DNA of 63,110 bases, taken from positions 1 through 63,110 of the forward strand of contig DAIUEZ010000001.1 in assembly GCA_036844865.1 (NCBI GenBank), written 5' to 3'. Below are positions 49,078 to 58,538 of this stretch, in pieces. The notes under the pieces are model-generated. The model made no database searches and was not told where the DNA came from. It worked only from the letters and a program-made list of their open reading frames with translations. The first letter of the stretch is position 1, and the number at the start of each line of letters is the position of its first letter. Position numbers and translations under genes: made by a program. The DNA comes from Nitrososphaera sp. Its GTDB lineage: Archaea > Thermoproteota > Nitrososphaeria > Nitrososphaerales > Nitrososphaeraceae.

Positions 49078-49908
49078 TTGCTCAAGGAAGTTTTTCTCGG
49101 TGCTCTGAAAAATAAAGATGTCAAGATATCAAAGATAAAAGATTCAAATTTTCACAAGATTCTGGCAGAAGCATCATCGCGCTGGATTTCATATGAGTCT
49201 GTGCCGGAAATATGCGAATCTGTCGGCATTGATAGCAGCTGGAACAAGCGCGCTTTTCAGGGTCTTCAACTTTATGTCATAGACGCAGTGGCAGTCACTA
49301 GCACTAACAAGATCTCAGCTATAGAGTGGGAAGAAGACATAGCTGGCTCTGCAAGAAGCGAGCTCTTAGAATCAAGAGCGATGATAATGGAGGCATCAGT
49401 TGCTCAAAAGGTGGCCGGCAAGGCTGATAGTATCTGCGTAGATGGTTCACTTGTTTCGCGTTTGACGAAGAGCAGGCCTGAAGCAGTGTCTGAAACTGTA
49501 AAGAAGTGCAGAAGCTGCATATTTATATCAAAGACCTCTGAGAGCAGGCTGCAATTCGGCCATATGGGGTCAAAGGCCGGAGACATTTACTATTATGGAC
49601 ACACCTGCAAGGAGGCTGGTTTCAGTGTTCCTATTGAAACCCAGTTTTGCCATGCGCCCTTGTATGAAGTCTATGCAAGACTGCGCGACCATACTCCTAT
49701 TATTCGGATTGAAATCATGAGCAACGCAAGTGAGCAAGAAGTAAGATCGACCTTGAATAAGCTACGGTACCATAGTGTAGCCGGCTATCCGCACTGTCTG
49801 AAGCTGGCGCATAATACCTGCAAGATAACCAATGAAGATATAGACAGACTCGCAAGCATATATGGTTTGCAAAATGAGCAAGGGGCAAGGGATGCTCTAA
49901 ATGAGTGA
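49078..49908 (+). CDS. nurA: NurA nuclease
   Basis: GIDSS, VDGSL, ISKTS and GYP..LKLAH motifs; operon position. Confidence 0.9.
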   Translation: MLKEVFLGALKNKDVKISKIKDSNFHKILAEASSRWISYESVPEICESVGIDSSWNKRAFQGLQLYVIDAVAVTSTNKISAIEWEEDIAGSARSELLESRAMIMEASVAQKVAGKADSICVDGSLVSRLTKSRPEAVSETVKKCRSCIFISKTSESRLQFGHMGSKAGDIYYYGHTCKEAGFSVPIETQFCHAPLYEVYARLRDHTPIIRIEIMSNASEQEVRSTLNKLRYHSVAGYPHCLKLAHNTCKITNEDIDRLASIYGLQNEQGARDALNE

Positions 49909-51445
49909 AGAAGAAGAAGAACTAGGCATCCTGGTCGGTGTCACCAAGCCGGATCAGGTGACATTTGAATCAAGAAGGCCTGTTAGCATCGGCGAATACG
50001 TTATTCTCGACTATGATGGAGACAAGGTGCTTGGGCTTGTTGAAAAGTCGTCTATTAGCAGTGATGCACTAGGCAGCAGTATTCGAAACTATGAAGAGGC
50101 ATTTGAGAGCAAACAGGTTGCCACCGAGAATCGTCGAGATAAAAGTTACAAGGGGCACGTACGCATTCTTGGCTATGTGGATGAATTGAAAAAGTGCAAG
50201 GCAATACTGCCTGCACTGCCCCCAGAGCCTGGCACCGAAGTATATGAAGCATCGGTTAAAGACCTCGATGCCATTTTTGCACCCTCTGGACAGCAGTGGG
50301 TAATGATAGGTACGCTTCTCCGGAATACTGCAGTCAGCGCTCGGGTAGATATCAACAAAGTCGTATCGCGTCATCTTGCAGTGCTTGCCATGACTGGCAT
50401 GGGCAAGAGCAATCTAGTCTCGCTTTTGGCTAAAGAAATCGCCAGAATAAGCGGCACAATGGTGATTTTTGACTATCACGATGACTACTCTACGCTTGAC
50501 ATGGGCTCTAACAACATCAACTTACTGGACGGAAGGATAAACCCGCGGCTTTTGTCAGCAGACAAGCTCGCAGAGGTCATTGAGATTCAGGAAAATGCTT
50601 CAAACCAAATGCATGTGCTTAGGTTGGCGTTCACCGAAGAGGTCAAGCAGCGCAAAGGAGAGGACTTTTGGGATGCGCTCATCAACGCTGCATCAGAAGT
50701 TGGTGCCGACAAGTTGTATCGCGAAGCAGCAGCCAAAGTCGTTGACAAGATAGATGATGCAAGGCGCAAATTTCATAACATTTTGGATCCTGGTATGACA
50801 GATCCTTTGGCGCTTCTCAAGAATTACAAGATAAACATTATCAATCTGGTAGAACTTACTGAGCGACAGGCTAATATTGCTGTGTCATTCTACCTTGAAG
50901 AGCTGCTAGACGATAGGAAGAAGGCAACGCGGCAAAAGAAGGGTGCAGCTAAGTCTCAGCCGCGGTTTCCAGCACCGATACTTGTGGCAATAGAGGAGGC
51001 GCATGTGTTTATACCAAAGGATGAAGACACAGATACAAAATATTTCGCTTCAAAGGTTGCGCGTGAAGGTAGGAAATTTGGGCTTGGGCTAGTCATAGTG
51101 TCACAGCGCCCAAGAGGACTTGACGCCAATATCTTGAGTCAGATGGGCTCGCTTGCAGTAATGCGTATGATCCAGCAGGACGACCAGATGCATGTTTCTG
51201 CAGCAAGCGAAGCACTTAGCCGTGATCTTATTGATCAGCTGACATCATTAAATCCAGGCGAGGCCATATTCGCAGGTCAGTGGGTGAACCTACCGACATT
51301 TGTTAAGGTGGATGAAGTCAAAGAGCGAAAGATAGGCGGCGACCAGAAGGCTGTAGAACAATGGAGCCAGCTGGCAGCATTTAAGCAACAGGTTGCCAAA
51401 GAATCATCAGAGTCATACATTCCATCAGGCTATATACAGGATTAG
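49901..51445 (+). CDS. herA: HerA helicase
   Basis: HAS barrel, RHLAVLAMTGMGKSN, IEEAH, AREGRKFG and SQRP motifs. Confidence 0.95.
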   Translation: MSEEEEELGILVGVTKPDQVTFESRRPVSIGEYVILDYDGDKVLGLVEKSSISSDALGSSIRNYEEAFESKQVATENRRDKSYKGHVRILGYVDELKKCKAILPALPPEPGTEVYEASVKDLDAIFAPSGQQWVMIGTLLRNTAVSARVDINKVVSRHLAVLAMTGMGKSNLVSLLAKEIARISGTMVIFDYHDDYSTLDMGSNNINLLDGRINPRLLSADKLAEVIEIQENASNQMHVLRLAFTEEVKQRKGEDFWDALINAASEVGADKLYREAAAKVVDKIDDARRKFHNILDPGMTDPLALLKNYKINIINLVELTERQANIAVSFYLEELLDDRKKATRQKKGAAKSQPRFPAPILVAIEEAHVFIPKDEDTDTKYFASKVAREGRKFGLGLVIVSQRPRGLDANILSQMGSLAVMRMIQQDDQMHVSAASEALSRDLIDQLTSLNPGEAIFAGQWVNLPTFVKVDEVKERKIGGDQKAVEQWSQLAAFKQQVAKESSESYIPSGYIQD

Positions 51446-51472
51446 CAGTTGAGGATCCTATAGAATACAAAA

Positions 51473-52621
51473 ATGTTGATATCACACATCTCTGACCTCC
51501 ACCTTGGATATTCACAATTCGGCCTAGAGGAAAGAGAGGAAGATGTCTACCAAGCTTTTCATGAGGCAATAGATGTCTCAATAAAGGAGAGAGTAAGGCT
51601 TGTCATTTTAGCCGGCGATCTATTTCACAATCCTCGTCCGTGCGGCAAGGCGATAATCACACTTGGTAACATACTGACAAAACTGAAGGAAAAGCAGATC
51701 TCCGTAGTCTTTGTGCTGGGAGAACATGATATCAGCCGGCTTCGCGATGTGCCATTTGTTCACATTTATAGCAACCTTGGGCTTGCAAGGAAGCTCCGAT
51801 GTGATGAACCTTTCAAAATTGAAAATTGTGTATTGTTTGGAGCAGATAAGGAGCGGCGCAGTAGTATTGATTCATTAGTCGAAAAGATGCGTCATGCAGA
51901 GAAACTTGCAAAGCAATACGATGGCAATAAGGTGCTTGTGCTGCATCAGGGATTAGCTGAGTTTAACAAGTTTGCAGGTGAGCTCAATTCTGCCGATCTT
52001 CCTGCAGAGTTTGACTACTACGCACTAGGTCACTATCATGACCATCTCGAAAAGAGGTTTGATTTTCTCGGAGGCCCACTTGCTTATCCTGGCTCAATTG
52101 ACTTGACTCCAAGCGAAGGGATCAAGGAGGCGGATAAGGGCTTCATCATAACCGATATGTCTGGCGAGGAGCCATCAACACAATGGATACGACTTGAGAG
52201 CAGACGTCAGCAATTCTCTGCCAGAATAGACTACAAAGACCTCGCAAATGAAGTCGAGCAAATAATCAAAAAGGCAACAGCCTATGACAAAAAACCCATT
52301 ACAAGGATTGAGATAGCTGGAAGCAACATTGATTCTAAGGTTATAGCTGAACAGTTGAAAAAGCTAAATGACTCTTGCCTTCACTACATTTGGCAGCCGC
52401 TAGACGAGCATATTGCTACTACTGTGTACGATTCCAAGCCTGCAGACATTGATAGTGAGCTTTATCGTCTGTCGACAGTAGCGCTCGGGTCAGATGAGCT
52501 TGCCAAGTTTACGATAGGCGAAGTATTACCACTGGCAGCAGAGAAGGATGACAAGTCCGTTCTGGAAATACTGTGGCAGGCGTACAAGTCAAACAAATTT
52601 GGAGGTCATAATATTAAATGA
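51473..52621 (+). CDS. mre11: Mre11 nuclease
   Basis: HISDLHLG, AGDLFH, GEHD, LHQ, LGHYH and YPGS motifs. Confidence 0.94.
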   Translation: MLISHISDLHLGYSQFGLEEREEDVYQAFHEAIDVSIKERVRLVILAGDLFHNPRPCGKAIITLGNILTKLKEKQISVVFVLGEHDISRLRDVPFVHIYSNLGLARKLRCDEPFKIENCVLFGADKERRSSIDSLVEKMRHAEKLAKQYDGNKVLVLHQGLAEFNKFAGELNSADLPAEFDYYALGHYHDHLEKRFDFLGGPLAYPGSIDLTPSEGIKEADKGFIITDMSGEEPSTQWIRLESRRQQFSARIDYKDLANEVEQIIKKATAYDKKPITRIEIAGSNIDSKVIAEQLKKLNDSCLHYIWQPLDEHIATTVYDSKPADIDSELYRLSTVALGSDELAKFTIGEVLPLAAEKDDKSVLEILWQAYKSNKFGGHNIK

Positions 52622-54711
52622 TAAAGGATATTCAGCTGAAGAATTTCATTGCACACAAGGATACCAAGATAGAATTTTGCAAGGGTATAACGATATTTCT
52701 AGGCCATAATGGCTCTGGCAAGTCCTCAATCATTGATGCAGTGACGTTTTCGCTCTTTGGCAAGCATACAAGAAAGTCAAACAAGAATCTCATAAGAAGA
52801 GGTGCCAACCATGCTATGGCAGAGATACATTTTGGTCTCAACTCTAAAGAATTCCAGGCAACAAGAGCGCTCAATGGCTCCGGTCTTCAGACATTTTCTC
52901 AGCTTGTGCTTGTATCAGATGGTGACAAGATAGTAAATAAGCCAATTGTCGGCGGTGAGCGCAGACAGTTTGGCGAGTCAATGAGTGTGGAGATAGCACG
53001 TGTGCTTGGGCTCAACTATGAAAAGCTGCGTGTTGCTGGGGTAGTACAGCAGGGCGAGCTCGTAAGGATAATAGAAGCGCAACCAAAAGACTTTAAGGAG
53101 TTACTAAATGGCCTGATTGGCATTGACAGACTCGACTCAGCTTATGAGACTATGCGCAATGTCATCGTAGGCTTCCGCGAAAGGCTGCGTGATGAACTAG
53201 GCTATACTGACCAGGAAATTCCAAAAGTGGAAAGACTGCTAGAGGAAAAGGAGAGGGAGCTAAACAAGGGGTCATTGCTTTTGAAAGAGTTTGAAGATGA
53301 AAGAAGGCTGCTTGAGGAAAAAATAGGTCAGCTTGAGAAGGAAATCGAGAGATTGGAGCCAGTCATCCAAAAAACACAGGAACTTCAGAATTGCGAAAAG
53401 CTGCTCATGCGACATATCGTTGAACAGCGCAGCCATCTTAGCACAGAAGTAGAACGGATGGAAAGAGTAGTTATGGAAGCAAAGAGCTTACTCGATGTCC
53501 TGAAAACCAAAGAAGAAGTGCATATGCGGCTCAAGATGATAAGAGCTGAATCAGAGGAGATCCACTCAAAGCTGGAGGAAAATGAGGGCATGATGGGCAA
53601 GCTACTTGGCTTTCTAGAGTGTGCCAGCAAACTGCATATAGCGGACGGCAAATGCCCCGTTTGCAACTCTCCCGTTACAAAGGTTAATGAAATGTTTAAC
53701 GTAGACCATATTCAGCTGGAGATCAGGCGCAGATCGGAAGAAAAATACAAGTTGCAAGTAGCTAAGGTTGAGCTCAAGAAAGAAGAGCAACAGCTAGTAG
53801 AACAGGACAAAAAGATAATGACAGCAGAAAAGTTCCTGTCAAACAATTCCATAAGCTCTGAAAAGGACTTGGTCAAGATTGAAGATGACCTCAATGGCAA
53901 GAAAAAATATCTGTCCAAACTTCCTCTGCAAATAGCCCGCATAGGGGATGATCCTTTCAAGTTGGTAATAGATGGCGTCTCAAAGACACTTGCTGAAGAA
54001 ATTGCTGCATTACGGGGACAGATAAGTGGCTTGAGCCTCCAACAATACACAGATGCCAAGCTAGAGAGGACAAGACTGATACAGGAATTGCAGACTGCAA
54101 GTGTCAAAATTGGTGAGTACAGACGTATAATAACTGACGCGCAGGCAGCGGTAGATTCTGCCAAGCATGCAGTGGAGCAGTTAAGACAGGCATCTGAATT
54201 CTCCAAAATATTGGAAAGAATACGCTCGATGATATTCAATAGAGACGGGATGGTGGGCATCAGTCTTCGCTCGTGGGCTCTCGGAGTTATATCGCAGAAA
54301 GCGTCAGAATACGCCTCACTCTTTAACATTGGCATTTCGAGGATCGAACTTACAGAAGGGGCCCGAGAAGTAGCGATAATGTGTTATAGCAGACAGGGTG
54401 AAATTGATATGGACTCACTTTCGGGAGGCGAAAAGGTGGCCGTAGCCCTTGCACTTCGTCTTGGTATTGCCTACATGATGGGGTCAAACAAGCTTGATTT
54501 CATTATTTTAGATGAGCCGACTGCCCATCTTGACGAAGATAGGCGGAGAGGGCTTGTCAGAATACTATCGGAGGCATTCAGAGAAGGTGTCGGACCATTA
54601 GCCCAGCTAATAATAATAACTCACGACTCAGAAATTTTTGAAAACTCGGAAGTTGACCAAATATTTAGGTTTGTCATGACAGCAGATGGTTCATGCATCT
54701 CAAGAGAATAA
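52618..54711 (+). CDS. rad50: Rad50 ATPase
   Basis: GHNGSGKSS, coiled coils with CPVC zinc hook, LSGGE and LDEPT motifs. Confidence 0.95.
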   Translation: MIKDIQLKNFIAHKDTKIEFCKGITIFLGHNGSGKSSIIDAVTFSLFGKHTRKSNKNLIRRGANHAMAEIHFGLNSKEFQATRALNGSGLQTFSQLVLVSDGDKIVNKPIVGGERRQFGESMSVEIARVLGLNYEKLRVAGVVQQGELVRIIEAQPKDFKELLNGLIGIDRLDSAYETMRNVIVGFRERLRDELGYTDQEIPKVERLLEEKERELNKGSLLLKEFEDERRLLEEKIGQLEKEIERLEPVIQKTQELQNCEKLLMRHIVEQRSHLSTEVERMERVVMEAKSLLDVLKTKEEVHMRLKMIRAESEEIHSKLEENEGMMGKLLGFLECASKLHIADGKCPVCNSPVTKVNEMFNVDHIQLEIRRRSEEKYKLQVAKVELKKEEQQLVEQDKKIMTAEKFLSNNSISSEKDLVKIEDDLNGKKKYLSKLPLQIARIGDDPFKLVIDGVSKTLAEEIAALRGQISGLSLQQYTDAKLERTRLIQELQTASVKIGEYRRIITDAQAAVDSAKHAVEQLRQASEFSKILERIRSMIFNRDGMVGISLRSWALGVISQKASEYASLFNIGISRIELTEGAREVAIMCYSRQGEIDMDSLSGGEKVAVALALRLGIAYMMGSNKLDFIILDEPTAHLDEDRRRGLVRILSEAFREGVGPLAQLIIITHDSEIFENSEVDQIFRFVMTADGSCISRE

Positions 54712-55036
54712 GAACGTCATCCTTTCTAGCCTTCTTCCTGCATCATCATAACATTTCTCAGCTTCTTCAAACCCTCCATAGGGATTCTTTTCACAGAATA
54801 GTGATTGTGGGTGGCAATTCCATCAGTTGATGATGAATTGCTTTCTACACATAGTTATTTAATTTGCCAGCGTGTCATGTTTTGTATCTCTTTGACAAGC
54901 TGCATCATGTTCACTCTTTTATAGCCTGCCCAGACCTAGACCGTCTTCTATAGAATATTTTTTCGCAGACAATATAAGTCCGTATCCTGTTCTCAAATAT
55001 GGTTTATGTTGTCATCGTCGCACCATTTCGCTAATA

Positions 55037-55453
55037 GTGAGGTGCATCGCATCAAAGCGAGGTGGCTATAGCCTGTTGTTATCTTCAGCTCATTCTATAC
55101 TGGTGGTTGATGACGAGCTAGATATAGTGTTGATCTTTAAACAGGCATTGAGTAGGCAGGGCTATACCGTCTTTGGTTTTACTGATCCCTTGCTGGCTCT
55201 TGAACATTTTAAGGTAAACTCCGCAGATTATGGCTTGGTAATAACAGATATCAGGATGCCTCGAATGAGCGGCTTTGAGCTTGCTGCAAAGATTAAAGTT
55301 ATCAAGCCTGATGCAAAAGTAGTCTTCATGTCGGCATTTGAAATAAGTGACCTTGAATTTTCAATACCTGGAATCAAAATAAATGACTTCCTCAGAAAGC
55401 CGGTTGATGTAAAGACCCTTGTGCGAAGAGTCAAGGTGGCTATGGGGAACTAA
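55037..55453 (+). CDS. Single-domain response regulator (receiver)
   Basis: VVDDE, TDIRMP, FMSA and RKP motifs. The true start is probably TTG near 55076. Confidence 0.9.
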   Translation: MRCIASKRGGYSLLLSSAHSILVVDDELDIVLIFKQALSRQGYTVFGFTDPLLALEHFKVNSADYGLVITDIRMPRMSGFELAAKIKVIKPDAKVVFMSAFEISDLEFSIPGIKINDFLRKPVDVKTLVRRVKVAMGN

Positions 55454-56157
55454 AAATTACTATATTATCTTTGCAACTGATTGCAAAAAGTGTACCAGCA
55501 GAAGTACAAAACAAAAATCACTAACTTCCTAATTTAGAAGCATAAGGGTTATCTTTTGAATTCTACTGTATGAAAATCCTACTATGAACGCAACGTCTGC
55601 CGCTTGAGATAGGCAAGGCATGGCACCATCTATAACCTCCAGATTATGTTAGAGAGGATGTGATCTTCAAGGCTAGATCGAAAAGGTGTAGCACCCAGCT
55701 CTTGATTCATGCATAACATATTGAAGGACCTTGATGCCCTGGAAGCTTTGCCAAGATGTATGTAACTAGAATGTGTCGTACTTGCAGACATCTCTGCAGC
55801 TGCTCAGGCCTGTATTGTTTTCCAAGGCATCTAGAGTGCTTTTCTCATCAGTCTGAATCAACGTTGCAACCTTGGAAGAATATCGTAGATTTTTTCTCTA
55901 TATCTTTTTATATATATAAGGACGTATGAGAATCCTGACCAATCCAGCAACCCACTTTAAGGATTGAGCCCATACATTCTAGAATGACTTTGATGCAAAC
56001 CGATTCTCCGAGGTAGAGTTTGCCTGTATAGCCGCCCTCTTGATATTCAGGCGCTATATATGTCATGCACCTCAAAAAATACATCACGCTACACTGAGCA
56101 CGAAGCGAACTTGCGATAATCAAAAAGAAGATATGATGTGAGATTTATGTTAATACT

Positions 56158-56493
56158 ATGTCTCAAAATGAGATTGTGTATCTAAAATACCAGAACCTAG
56201 AAGACATGCTCAAAGTGATAATCTACTCTGCTCAGTCGATGCTTGGAGTCGTTCCCATGCTCTATTATATTCACTACAATGGCAAGCATGTCCTTTTTAT
56301 TCAGACAGGTGCAGTTGGAGGAGTGACGATTCACTATGTTGCTGAGAATGAAAAGCCTACCAAAAAGTTCATTCAGCTAAAAAGGCTTTCTGGAGAATTC
56401 ACATTTATAGATAGCATAGGAACTGATGCACAGTCACTGTATGTTCCAATATTAGGGCTCGAAAAGTGTACCCTTGCCTTTCCCACCCTATAG
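56158..56493 (+). CDS. Uncharacterised protein, apparent single-domain paralogue of 37908..38588
   Basis: Same motif order as each half of 37908..38588, aligned by eye. Confidence 0.8.
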   Translation: MSQNEIVYLKYQNLEDMLKVIIYSAQSMLGVVPMLYYIHYNGKHVLFIQTGAVGGVTIHYVAENEKPTKKFIQLKRLSGEFTFIDSIGTDAQSLYVPILGLEKCTLAFPTL

Positions 56494-56864
56494 GAAGAAA
56501 AAGTTTTAGGGCAAGACAACATACATTTTCTATCAAACGTCGAAAATCACCTAGAAAGATAAGGCCTGCAAATGAAGTTTCAGAGGATGACATTAGCGCT
56601 TTTTTGCAAGCGATCAGGAATTTTGAGGGCTATCCAAAGCTAAGAGACATTAGGAAAATGCTTCCATTCCTAACGCCAGTCCAGATAAACGTTATATCCA
56701 AGTACTTGGAAAGGTCTGGGGCAATAGTTATTGACGCTGATGGATACATCACATGGATGCGCAATGAAGATCCAGGACAGCTGACGCTCGGCGAGGTAGC
56801 AGACATGAGCAGTGACCTCAAGAGACTGCTCGAGAAGAACGCGAATAGAGAGGATTTAACCTAA
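56466..56864 (+). CDS. Winged-helix-like hypothetical protein (start uncertain)
   Basis: YPKLRDIRKML...QINVISKYLERSGAIVID..G.ITW is winged-HTH-like. Confidence 0.7.
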   Translation: MYPCLSHPIGRKSFRARQHTFSIKRRKSPRKIRPANEVSEDDISAFLQAIRNFEGYPKLRDIRKMLPFLTPVQINVISKYLERSGAIVIDADGYITWMRNEDPGQLTLGEVADMSSDLKRLLEKNANREDLT

Positions 56865-56886
56865 TGTTCCAGATCTTATGTTAAGT
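56854..56886. repeat. 11-bp imperfect inverted repeat resembling XerD/dif arms
   Basis: ATTTAACCTAA-N11-TTATGTTAAGT; the arms match each other at 9 of 11 positions. Confidence 0.5.
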
Positions 56887-57225
56887 TTGGCTGTTTGGTT
56901 TCAATATCGTAAAAGATATGGGTGGGACAGATATTGTTGATTGTTTCAATATTATTTGAGGCTGCAAAAATACTGGTGCAATTAAGACCAAAATAATGTA
57001 GAATGTTTAATATCTCTCCCTATCTTGCTCGCAGCTAAACAACAGATATTGACCAATATTTTTTTGAAAAACTGTCTTACATAAATTATAAGGAAAGAAT
57101 TAAACTAGAAAAATATAGTTAGGTCTTTGGTTCAAGAGATCTTATAAGAACCGTAGAGCGTGCTCATCAACATGCTCAAATTTTGTTAAATAGTTTTATG
57201 TTTGTCTGAATAGACGGTCAATGTA

Positions 57226-57915
57226 TTGTTGTTGAAGCCAATTACTTCAGAACAGATGTATGCGATCGAACAAAACGGCCATTCTATTTTTGGAATGCGA
57301 CGTTTTCTCATGATGGAGAATGCTGGCCACGGGGTAGCGGATTTTGTTGTCCGAAAGTTCAAGACCTTGAAGAACAAGAGAATAATTGCGATATGCGGCA
57401 CGGGCAACAACGGTGGTGATGGGTTTGTCGCATCGCGTCACCTTGCTGGGTATGGAGCCAAAGTAGTGGTCATTTTACTTGGTAGCCCTTCCGATCTGAG
57501 AAGCGAAGAGGCAAGACTTAACTGGAGCATAATCGAAAAAATGGATTCAATTGAATTGATATTTGGCAAAGAGTTAACCCGCGAGATAAAGAGCCGGATC
57601 GCCAATGCTAACATTATCCTGGATGGTATATTTGGCACAGGCATTAAGAACGAGATTAAAGAACCTCATGCATCTGCAATAGATGCGATAAACAAATCTA
57701 AGGCTTATGTTTTGGCAGTCGATGTTCCTTCAGGATTTGACCCAAATACTGGGCAGATCCATAAAAAATGCATCATGGCAAATGCCACTATTACCTTTCA
57801 TCGATTAAAGGTTGGATTTGTAAAAAAGAAGAATAATAATAAAAAGAAATACACAGGTCCTGTATATGTGGAATGGATAGGAATACCACCGGACGCTGAA
57901 AAGGGGATCGTATGA
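57226..57915 (+). CDS. nnrE: NAD(P)HX epimerase (YjeF N-terminal)
   Basis: LMMENAG, GTGNNGGDG, DGIFGTG and AVDVPSG motifs. Confidence 0.94.
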   Translation: MLLKPITSEQMYAIEQNGHSIFGMRRFLMMENAGHGVADFVVRKFKTLKNKRIIAICGTGNNGGDGFVASRHLAGYGAKVVVILLGSPSDLRSEEARLNWSIIEKMDSIELIFGKELTREIKSRIANANIILDGIFGTGIKNEIKEPHASAIDAINKSKAYVLAVDVPSGFDPNTGQIHKKCIMANATITFHRLKVGFVKKKNNNKKKYTGPVYVEWIGIPPDAEKGIV

Positions 57916-58538
57916 ACCCAGCAGTATTACAGATCGCAGTAGGCCAGATGGCCAATTTTACCTACATAGTAGCTGATGAGGAAAATGGCGAAGCCGCAGT
58001 CATTGATCCTTCTTGGGATTTGGATAAAATATTCCAGACGCTAAAAAAGAACAACTGGCGAGCCAAGTATATCATCAATACTCATACTCATTTTGATCAT
58101 GTGATTGGAAACGAACAGGTAGCAGAGCTAACTGGTGCCAAGGTAGTACAGCACAAAAACTCGCAGTTAGAAAAAGACATTGCAGTATCTGATGGGGATA
58201 CAATCGAAATAGGACATATCAGGCTACGGGTTTTGTACACACCTGGCCACTCCAAGGACAGCATCTGCCTCCTACTTGATGATCAATTCATTCTAACTGG
58301 CGACACACTCTTTGTGGGTAACTGTGGCAGAGTGGATCTTCCGGGAAGTGACGCAAAAGAGATGTATGATAGCCTATTTAATAGGCTGGCAAAACTGGAC
58401 GAAAACCTAGTCGTGTATCCCGGTCACAACTATGGTCCAACTTCTATGTCTACTATAGGACATGAAAAGAAAACTAACTATGTGCTACAGCCTAGGTCAA
58501 AACAAGAATTCTTGCAGCTTATGACCGGTAGTGAATAG
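57912..58538 (+). CDS. Metallo-beta-lactamase fold hydrolase (glyoxalase II-like)
   Basis: THTHFDH, TPGHS, TGDTLF and YPGHNY motifs. Confidence 0.92.
   Translation: MNPAVLQIAVGQMANFTYIVADEENGEAAVIDPSWDLDKIFQTLKKNNWRAKYIINTHTHFDHVIGNEQVAELTGAKVVQHKNSQLEKDIAVSDGDTIEIGHIRLRVLYTPGHSKDSICLLLDDQFILTGDTLFVGNCGRVDLPGSDAKEMYDSLFNRLAKLDENLVVYPGHNYGPTSMSTIGHEKKTNYVLQPRSKQEFLQLMTGSE

Noticed and set aside
50380..50415. HerA Walker A begins with Ala (AMTGMGKS)
   Set aside because: This is a common variant in archaeal HerA and not evidence of inactivation.
54716..54908. Minus-strand frame MMQLVKEIQNMTRWQIK*LCVES... and a TPR-like fragment (EEAEKCYDDA) in another frame
   Set aside because: Too short and interrupted to assign a family or call a pseudogene confidently.
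55455..56150. Long gap with broken frames and the 71-aa ORF 55908..56123
   Set aside because: No recognisable homology, terminal inverted repeats or target-site duplication.
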